A DNA stretch of 64,000 bases from Pocillopora damicornis. Lineage: Eukaryota. Below are positions 54,271 to 64,000 of the stretch, in pieces (within the stretch, counting starts at the first letter, position 1; each line of letters opens with the position of its first letter). The position numbers were made by a program, and so were the translations under genes. The notes under the pieces are model-generated. The model saw nothing but the letters and a program-made list of their open reading frames with translations, was not told the origin of the DNA and did not search any database. Location of the stretch: the NCBI RefSeq assembly GCF_003704095.1, contig NW_020845038.1, forward strand, positions 1 through 64,000, given 5' to 3'.

Positions 54271-57200
54271 TTAGAGCTCAGAGAGCCAGTCCCTCATGTA
54301 AATACATTTGCTTGGAGATATGGGCCCACCACTGCAACATTGGTTGGATACCTGTAAAGGGATGAAATATCCATGTCAATGTTGGAAAGTAGACCCTTGT
54401 GGTCCCAAGGGGGGAGATAGTTACCTTGAGTTCCTTCCTAGTTTTAGCGCACTAAGTAGAGATCTTATACACTACCTGTTATGCACCAGTTTAAGTAAAC
54501 CCTAAAACATCCCCACCTTGAGTATATCAGCTTTGGAGGGCATTGAGTCATAGGTCTTATGTCTCAAGTGGGTGGGGGATTTGGGTATTTTTGTTTCCTC
54601 TCTGCTGGAAAGTGAGGCATTGGTCTGGATCCCAAGGGGAGTGGGGCTTCCCAGACCTGAGTTGAGTTTGTTGTTGGTTCTCCCTTGCTCTGTGGGTATT
54701 TCTCTGATTCCTCTGGTTTTCCTCCCTTCACAAAAACAAACATTCCAAATTCCAATTTGACCTGGAAACAGTGGACAGGAAGAGCCACCTCATGGAACTT
54801 TCACCCCTAAATCCCCTCATCAATATGATGGCAACTACTATTCCTTTGCAAATTTATGGGGATTCTTTGTGTTTTGCTCAAAGAACATGAAAGGAATGGT
54901 GAGTTTTTGTTCACATCATTCTCAGATGGCCACAAGATTGTTCAAGGAGTGTTTCTCCTCCTGTATTTGTTTCATTGTGCAAAAACCTCATGATTATTTA
55001 TGATAACATTGCTATGTTACCAGTAAATCAAGTATTAATCAAGCCTTACTGGACAAACACCGCATGGTGTACTCATGAGTCCTGCTGCTGGCAGCAATGG
55101 AGCAAGTGCTCTATAAAGTTTCTTCTGACCATTATCTGATGATCTGCTCAAGCTGTTATCAACAACCAATGACATTTCCGCCTTTCCATCAAAGACTAGT
55201 GTGTTTAAAATTGTTTCAATGTCCCCTTCAGCCAGTTGAACCTACAACAGTAAAAAAAAGTTGACACCATTATGCTAGAACATGACATGGGTAGAGCAAA
55301 CTTTTACCTGTTGATTTTCAAGAATTCCAAGTGATTTTAGGGAGTAACAAGAGTTACTCCAGGTAGTAAATATTACTGGCTCCTGGGTTACCCCTTCAAA
55401 AGGAGAACAATGCTTTTCAATGAAGTTTACCTTGCTAATCCCTAATTCAGAGATATACTTCCATACATCATAACATGATGAATAAGATGCATTCCTCTTG
55501 GCCAGTGGATCTACATTCATTTGTTCAACTTGCAAAGCCTGCAATGAAAAAATACCAATTTTTAACAGAGATATAAATGACAAATAGTTAGTAAATAAAC
55601 CATTCTCCCTCTGACAAATTCTGTTAATTTTGCTACCTTGTATGAGATGAAAAATTCTATTTATTAAGGCATGTCAACCTTGGGAGCCACATCCAGCATA
55701 TTGAGAAAGGATTTTAGGACTCTTTTACACTAACTATCAACTATCATACCCTTTGTTCCAGATACTTGTGACACTGTTGATTAAGCACTTCCACAAATTC
55801 TGATTCAAAATCCTGATCACTGTACCAAGCTCCTCCAGTCACTGTTATATCTGGTTCCAAATTGAATAACATGTATACCTTCTTTCTGGAGGCCTGAAAA
55901 GATTGTCATTAAACATGAAACAATATCCACTGAAAAAAAAAACCCTTTTTACCCTAGTTCCTATCACAAAAGAACTAAAGCAGGTTTTCAATGACATTAT
56001 TTGAGTGGGTTTGTAGAAATATGTCCTCTCTTAACTCACAAATCAAGATTTTTTGGACTTTTGGCATAAAGAATCACTGAAGTGAATGATGTACCAGATA
56101 TCGGAAAAGAAGCAGGATGAATGAGCACAAACTTGCCCAAAGGCAGCTGTTTCAAGATGTTTGAAAGCCAGAGATGAAGCAAACTGGCGTCCATCTTGTC
56201 TTTTCTCAACTTGTAGGCAAACAGATGTCTGGTAATGACTTTCAACCCAAAACAGTCAATGTTAATTTTCTTTGGGGAAACTTTAACCATATCAACATAA
56301 CCCTTTGACTGCCAGAAGTAATTAGCACGTTTATTTAGTTATCCCTACAATATCCATACATTATTCAGCAATCGGGTAATGAAAATACTTAAACTTATTA
56401 GGTAGAGTATGTTATCTTGATTCAACACCAAATTCTCATCACCAATTTAAAAGGAAATGTGCAACAGCTTTGGGGGAGAATTAACAATCAGACTGGGGAG
56501 GCTAAAAGAGTTAAAAAACTGTGCATAACTGAAATGGTTCACCCACATTGAACACAACCACATTGTGTCACTTTAGTCAACAAAATACCTTGTAATACTT
56601 ACAGCAACTGATTTAACAGCTTTAATAAGCTTCTTACTTTCCAAATTTTTTACAATCTTGTTAACTTGTGTCATGGGTAGATTACTTTTGAATCTAATGT
56701 CCCTGATCCAGATACCTAATAAGTAATGCAACATGAAACAACAGAATTTTATTCCCAGGAATGACTGAAAAGGAACTTCTCCTCGCAATATCACTAAATG
56801 CTTGAGCAGAAAGGTGATGAGAAGATACTGAATGAATTAACACCAAATTCTCTCAACTAAAATTATAAGAAATACACTGCAGAAAGTGTGGAGAATTAGT
56901 GTATTAGATCTTAAAATAGAAAGGAATAACACTTTAATCCCTAGCTTAGATTAGCATCTAATTTCTCCACACAGTATCACCCCTGAATCGCACATTAATG
57001 TCATGAGAATAAAGGAAATGATCACTAAATGAAGAAGCTCTTGAACCCTTTGACCCTTAAGAGTGACTAGCATCTAATTTCTCCTCACATTATTACCCCT
57101 GAATCGCACATTAAGGTCACGAGAATAAAGGAAATGATCACCAATGACATATTAAGCTCTTGATTGTTTTAACAAGTTAACAAAAACAAGTTCTCTTTGT

Positions 57201-58473
57201 CAGCACTTTAACAAATGTATAATAAACAGTATGGAGAGTGTGCATACTGATGCTAGGGTGTGAAGTGTTAAAAGTGATGCCATATAAGAGGTAGCCAGAG
57301 CCCTACTACCGGAAATTGATAAAAAAAAACAAAAACAACAACAAAGCAATCAAAGACATTTTCAATTACCTTTTTGATAAAATATGAAAACAAGCAACAG
57401 TGTTAATACATGTACCTTTGTTTTGTGCCTCTTCTATGATCTGATAGACAACCTTCTCTTCTAATTCAAATCCTTTAGTTTTCCTGTTGAAGAAAGGTCA
57501 TAATCTATTATATCGATCTATATAATGTTGATAACTGGTTACAGTTTTAACATCATTCTGAAAGTGAGCTAATATTTCAACCTGATGAAAAACGTATTAG
57601 CTCATTTACAAAGATGGGCAACTCCATAACTTTAGAGATCTTCCTATCTGCTACACTGGGGAAAATTGGAAGAACAGGTGTTTCATTCTGTTCCTGTATC
57701 GTTTTCTCGCACTCTATTGATCTATAAAAATATTGCTCAGGCAAAGAAAAGAGAAAGTATTACTAAAAGTAACTATTTACAGATTACAGGCTGCGTTTTG
57801 CAGATCTCAACCTGTTCTCTCTACATGGCTAGACATTCAAATCTTCTAATTTTCAGGAACACAACATCTATTTTTGGCCCCAATGTTGTTGCCTTGCGAA
57901 TGGTGAGCTACAGCTTTCTTTAATTTGCCGCTGTTATTTGGCCTTATTTAATTGGCTCATACCCTTAGGAAATGTGGAAACTGAGAGGTTAAAACTTACG
58001 TAGTTGATTGGGCATCTTTATATCTGTATAACAGTTGTGTGCCACTTTTAAGAAGTTCAATCCTACCCTATGGACACAAGTTAGAAAAACAAACTTGAAA
58101 ATAAACTAACATCTTTAGAAAAATTATGCAGCCCTACAAGTAGACAGAAATTCATCTAGCAAAACTTTTACTTTAATTATTCCATTGAATTACCTTCGAA
58201 ATAGTTTAGCTTTTCAATGTCAAACATGTCTGTTGAAAATAGGAAATAATAAGGATAAATTCTGAGACTCAGCTGAGCGATACTATGACTCACCATTGAG
58301 AGAAGTCTGTTTATGGCTGTGACTCTTTGCTGAGGTGGAATATTTGGCATACCCTGCGAAATAATCTGATCTGTTATTCCTTTAGGATTCTCTTTGCAAA
58401 GTTGGACAACTCTCGCTTCTAAATCCACGGCATCTACAGCCTCTTGCTTGATAACAACATCGGCGACCGCCAT
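54271..58473 (-). CDS. POLR3F: RNA polymerase III subunit RPC6/C39, 8 coding exons
   Basis: MAVADVVIKQE..QQRVTAINRLLS; GIWIRDIRFKSNL..NKIVKNLESKKLIKAVKSV; VYMLFNLEPD.TVTGGAWYSDQDFESEFVEVL; ELGISKV; last exons TPCGVCP | VSNQCCSGGPISPSKCIYMRDWL (about 54271-54351). Confidence 0.93.
54585..54810 (+). mobile_element. SINE-like repeat
   Basis: GTTGAGTTTGTTGTTGGTTCTC...GGTTTTCCTCCCT..CAAAAAC..TTCCAAATTCCAATT; a related copy in reverse at about 37085-37215. Confidence 0.5.
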
Positions 58474-58658
58474 GTTACTATTTACTTCGTGACCACGCGA
58501 TGTTGTGGCTTGGAAACCAAGCCTAACGCACGTGCAACTTACTAACCTGCAACTCGGCGAGAACTTTTGCACATCTTTAGTTTTACGGTTCACTTTGTTC
58601 CTTTATACCCTAGCCTAGCCGGCTTTTGGTTTAGTTTAGCGCGTCGTTTTTGGATGTA
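58474..58658. promoter_or_regulatory. Bidirectional promoter POLR3F/methyltransferase
   Basis: Divergent ATGs are 185 bp apart; E-box CACGTG at 58529-58534; CCGCCATGTT (YY1-like) overlaps the POLR3F ATG. Confidence 0.6.
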
Positions 58659-61600
58659 ATGGAAGATAGTGACACTTGTCCTTTCTCCCTCGAAGAAGCA
58701 AAGTCCTCCTTTCTTCGCACTCTATCAAAACTTGACCCAAAAGATTCTGAAGGTTTTGTTGAATGGGTTACGGAACATTGTTCCAATGCATATACCTGTA
58801 AACAAAGTGGAGAAAATATTGATTACACTTTTAAATGGGCTGAGAAAAGGTTAAAAAATATTACAAAGGACATAAAAAGGATAATTCCACTTCAAGGAGT
58901 CCTGGAGACAGAAAAAATCAGACACCCGGAAGAAGGAAAGGTAAAGATTCCTTGGAAGTAAAAGAGGAGGACTGAACATTTTGATTAAGGAAAAAAAAAA
59001 TCACAATTTTTATATCTCTTGGTTTGTTTATTCACTTCAGGGCCTGGCATGTGAACGTTCAACCACAGTCCATGTAGACTCATTCCTGTATAATGATGAA
59101 GACATCGATAAACTTTGCGATGAAGGGAGAATGAGCCGTAACTACTGTAAACAATGTGGATCTCACAACACAGCCCCATTAAGTATGTAATGTTTAATTG
59201 CTATTGATTATTATTTTTATCAATATTTAACCCTTTGACCTCAAATAGTATGCGAGTAGCATCTAATTTCTCCTTACAATGTCACCCTTGAATCATACAT
59301 TAGGGTTTCGAGAATAAAGGAAATGATCACAAACTAAAAAAGCTCTTGATTTTTAAACGAAGTGTCCTTGTCTGCTGCTAGGAAATATGTATGGAAACAG
59401 GTATGGAGAAAATGTATACTGATGCTTGGGTGTAAAGTGTTTATTTACTTTAGGCAAAAAAATGACTGAGACAAAGAAACAAATTAAATTTGATGCTATT
59501 TACTTTTATTTACAAATATTTACTCTGCTACCATTGGTACCTTGGTCATTTGAACACCAATCACTGTGTAGGGAATGAACAATTGTTTGAACTGAATTCA
59601 ATTGTGTCAATCCCCACACAAGACCAAAGCAAGCATGAATGGCAAGGAATTTATATAGAATATATTTCTCATTTACTCTTAACAGACTGATCAGTTTTCT
59701 GTAAGTGATCCCTTCCAACAGTAATTGCACTGTAGGCACTAAATTGTCAATTGAAGTTGTGTGTGGTTTTCTTTTTACTACTTTGGAATTTGCAAAAAGC
59801 TTCATTTAATTGGTATAGGGTAATTAAAGTGTTTGGAAATTTGTGGAAATATGTAAGAGCACCTTGCTATTGATAGGTGTCTTACAAAATGTCAATAATT
59901 ATTAATACTGTTCTATTAACGCAAAAGAGGCGTTATTCATTTTAACAATATTGTACTTAAATTACAGCTTTCATCTCCCATTCATCATCACTTGTGCAGT
60001 TAAAATTCATTTTTCAAGCAGCCCTCTCTTCCATCGCAACAAATTTTGCAGACAAGTTGTTAGTGGATGTTGGCTCCAGACTGGGTGCTGTTCTCTATGG
60101 GGCAAGTGTTCTCAGGTGTTTTGTTTTATTATAAGTATGAAGTAAAGAGAGGCACTTAGAAAATAGATTTTCTTGCCCAAAAACACAAAACAATTACCCA
60201 GCAAGGTCTACAACTTGGGCCTCTCAACTCTAAGTTTAGTATGCTAACCGTTAGTTGGCCACCATGTCTTTCACCAGTATGGTACCCATGATTAATGAAA
60301 GGTGTTTGTTTTTTTTCACACAGGCATATCACTTCAGTCCAATAAAGAAGATTGTTGGAGTTGAAATAAACTCAGAGCTGTGTGATTTACAACAGAAAAT
60401 AACAGAAAAGTATAGAATGCATGATCGTGTTGAGGTGAGTTTGTTGAACTTAAAAAAATATATACTTTTAGATAAAGATATGGTAGCATTCACATGCTAG
60501 CTTCCACAAAGGCCATGAGATTCACAACCCAATCGCATTATCAGTTACATAGTGTTTTACTCTGAGACTGTATTTTCATTTTTNNNNNNNNNNNNNNNNN
60601 NNNNNNNNNNNNNNNNNNNNNNNNNNNNNNNNNNNNNNNNNNNNNNNNNNNNNNNNNNNNNNNNNNNNNNNNNNNNNNNNNNNGTCATTTGATAGACAAG
60701 CCTTTTCCACCCTCAGTTTTACATGGCTTACAAATCACAATGTCTCTAGCATACATGTATAATACTACATGTTACAATCTTAGTGAATAAGTACAAGAAA
60801 CTCGTCAGTAAAAACTAATGAAAAATATTAAATAACTACAATTAGTTTACAGTAAATATTCAGCAAAGTGAAGGGGAATAGTGGTGGATATTTACTGAGC
60901 CACAAAGCAGTGAGGTAAATATCTTCCATATATACCACTCAGATACCAAAAAAATGGTTTATTTCTTTCAGTATACCCAAAAAAATGGTAAGAAATTATA
61001 ACCCTGATGGATTATTTTGTCACATTGGCTATTCAAAGGGTGATACTGCACCTTCAATGTTATTCACTGTTTTAGTATCTATGAGTAGTTATTTCTAAAA
61101 TTTCAAAATAATTTTTTTGCAGCTGACATTGTGGTTCTCAACAATGTGTTTGAGTTCTTTTTATCAATGAATCAGCAAATAAGGTAGGAGAAATTAGTGT
61201 GATCAAAGGATGTGGGTTACTCTACATCCTTTTCAATACATGCTGAGAGAATTTCAGTAGTAAGAGTAAGAGATTCATTTTCTTTGTGCACAGAACTTGG
61301 AAATTCATCCGAGAGCATGTGACTAAACCTGGATGTATTTTAGTCACTGTTCCAAGTCTTGAAGAAGCCACAGAGTTCAACAACAAGGTACATGGTGTTA
61401 ACCCTTAAACTCTCAGAAGTGATTCACATGTAACTTCTCCCTACCATATCTGTACACTATCCAGCAAACAGGTAATGAGAATACTCAAATGTATCAGGTA
61501 GAAGTTGTTATCTTGATATAATACCAAATTCTTGCAACTAATTCATGAGGAAATGTGCAGCAGTGAGAGGGAAGATGTAACAATCAGATCATAGGAGTTA

Positions 61601-61901
61601 TACGGTTAATTGATATGATTGCCTTTTTTTGCAAACTGTTTGGCTAAATGTTGGGATGTCTAATAGACACTCTTAAATTTAGCCAAAAGGTTTGCAAAGA
61701 AAGCAATCATATTATTTTTTTACTGAGATGAGAGTGGTTTCATTGAAATAATTTTTTCTGTTCTCTTACTTCCTATAGCCATGTATAGATGTCAACAGTT
61801 GGGTAAAGCCATGCATAGTTAACTATGATGTACTAGAAATTCCTCTTTTAGAAGAAGACTTGGATGAATTACAGAACATTTTCTTTTATCAAGTGAAATG
61901 A
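58659..61901 (+). CDS. Uncharacterised class I SAM-dependent methyltransferase-domain protein; one exon probably lies in the gap
   Basis: Approximate exons: 58659-58940, 59041-59182 (HVDSFLY..MSRNYCKQCGS), 59968-60101 (FISHS..LVDVGSRLGAVLYG, motif I), 60324-60434 (IVGVEIN, motif II), [gap], 61123-61183 (ADIVVLNNVFEFF), 61294-61387 (PGCILVTVPSLEE), 61779-61901. Confidence 0.8.
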
Positions 61902-61944
61902 AAAAAAAATTGTCTGATTTACTGGTACCTGTTGATAATAGGAG

Positions 61945-62245
61945 TCCTACTACCCTCATGGTTAGTATGCTGGACTCAGAGTTGAGAGGTCTGGGTTTCA
62001 GACCTGGTTGGGACATTGTGTTGTGTTCTCTGGCAGAACAATTTACTCCCTGTCCTTGTCCATCCAGTACTATAAACAGGCACTAGTGAGTGGTCAAGGG
62101 AACCTGATGAAATGCTGAGGGGTAGCCTTGTAATTGACTGGCATCTCATCCAGGGGGGAGTGGTAATACTCCTAGTCACTTCATGTAGAGGGAACCAGGA
62201 TAAGCTATAGCTGGATAGGCCACTTGGCCTTAGTGCAGACTTTCA
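61945..62245 (+). mobile_element. tRNA-derived SINE (Deu/Nin-like central domain)
   Basis: Head TGGTTAGTATGCTGGACT..GGTTTCAGACCTGG followed by CATTGTGTTGTGTTC..CCTT..GACTGGCATCTCATCCAGGGGG..TACTCCTAGTCACTTCATG..AACCAGGATAAGCT; partial copies at about 8040-8510 and 60170-60260. Confidence 0.6.
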
Positions 62246-63816
62246 CTATTGAAGTTATTGTTATTATTTAAATAACAAAATCCAGCTTATAAGTTGACTC
62301 TTTCCATTCACAATTATTGTGCAAGTCATTTGAGTCACATTTATAATAACTGTTAACTGTCCAAGCAAGAGGAAATGCAATGGGGAATATTTTGTGTCAA
62401 AGGATCTTGAAAACTTTGAAACTTGAGGATTTGGAGAACAAGTTTTAATTTTTCTTTTTCATTGGTTAAACTGCATTTTATCAAATTTGTAATGAGTAAT
62501 TAATAAGCACTTCATGACTGGCCCCAAAAGAAAAATTAATTTTTTTCCCCTGAGACCCTCAAGGTTGCATAAGGTGTTTCACTTTGCCTGAGTGAATTTA
62601 TTTTATTTTGCATTGTTATATCTATGAATTGGTTAATCTCTTTCTCATAAGTTCAACAGCCTGTATACAAAAGATAAATGCAACATTATTTTTTTATTAT
62701 TATTTGGATCTTGTGTTTCATGAAGTCTACAGTAAACACTGAACAGTCTATGCAGTTAAGTTACAGAAATTTTTGTTTCTTTAGTTACACTTAGACTTGC
62801 TTGGAACATGAATGATGTCTGACTTTGTAAGGTATGGCATATGTACAGCAAAGAACATTAATTCATAACAGATATGATAAGTAAACACTTTGTATAGCCT
62901 AACAAAATTCCAGATGTCTAAAATTTCATTTGCCACACATAAGACATGTACCTCCTAGCAAGGTAATAAGTTAGTGCAGTAGGATTTGTAATATCCTAAT
63001 GGGAACACAAATACTTGATTAAAAACACTCCAGAATCACCTCTTAGCAGAACAGTCTCTTTCAAAAGTAATGAAGTAAATGTAATGTAATGAAAGTAATG
63101 AAATGAATGGACTTCATGTGGAAACAACAAGTCAGATCACAGCTACTAACAGTGCAATATGTACAGAATTAATAAATATTGTGGCTCAAATCTTACTCCA
63201 CACAACCTCTCCCTAACAAAACTAAAGACATGAAAAAAGATTGTGAAAAATAACCTCCTTGGAAGATTAAGATTGCCTTAGAGTTTGTATATCATAGCTC
63301 TTCAAAATGTTTGAAACACTTCAGAGAAAGTAAGAAAAGCCTTTAACCAGCATTTCATCTGAAGAACTAAAAAAAATGTGATTAACAATTTTAACCACTG
63401 CAACCATGTGCCTACTCAATTGAAGACTGAAAAACAACTTCTCCTTGGGCTAATTAACCAGTTTGCCATCAATTACCCAAAACATCTATTGATAGAGCTA
63501 CTTTATCTTAGCAGTACCATGATTCAACCAAAGTAAGTTGCCTACTCTAATACAAACTTGACAGGCAAACCCCCTTTTTGTCAAGACAAAAGGATAATTT
63601 ATAATTGCAGCAAAACCACCTGGCACCCTTGGATGGCACTAAGCCACTGACCTAAGACTCCCTTGAAGAAAATCCTGTCTACACCCAAGATGTAATGATC
63701 ACTAGATCTTATTTTCAACTTAGCAGGCTATTGGAAGCATGAAAAAATTAAGACTCGGTTTGATCCTCATACATCCTCCTTCTCCAACCCTCGCTCTGTT
63801 GTTCACCCTTTTTTGG

Positions 63817-63999
<183 letters not shown>

Positions 64000-64000
64000 T

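Noticed and set aside
63064-63108. (GTAAT/GAAAT)n low-complexity tract
   Set aside because: Ordinary degenerate microsatellite in the probable KAT5 3' region.

Overview
AT-rich eukaryotic (animal) genomic DNA with intron-rich genes. The gene style and repeat families look cnidarian, probably stony coral; this is inference only. Spliced genes rebuilt by hand, in order: flavin amine oxidase (-), MEMO1 (+), RAB1 (-), an intronless SPRY + ADP-ribosyltransferase gene (-), AK7 (-), senju-like SLC35A nucleotide-sugar transporter (+), presenilin (+), POLR3F (-), an uncharacterised class I SAM methyltransferase (+) and the last exon of KAT5/Tip60 (-). Introns contain many TTAA-flanked (piggyBac-type) MITEs, SINEs and Penelope-like remnants with minimal hammerhead motifs. 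There are three 100-N assembly gaps; two probably hide coding exons. Best leads: (1) a single-exon, apparently cytosolic SPRY-ART fusion with an intact R-S-ExE arginine-ADP-ribosyltransferase site, a candidate sensor-effector protein; (2) a roughly 300-nt multibranched RNA-like structure antisense within an AK7 intron; (3) a PSEN2-type ExxxLM sorting motif in the presenilin. Exon boundaries were read by eye and may be off by a few bases.
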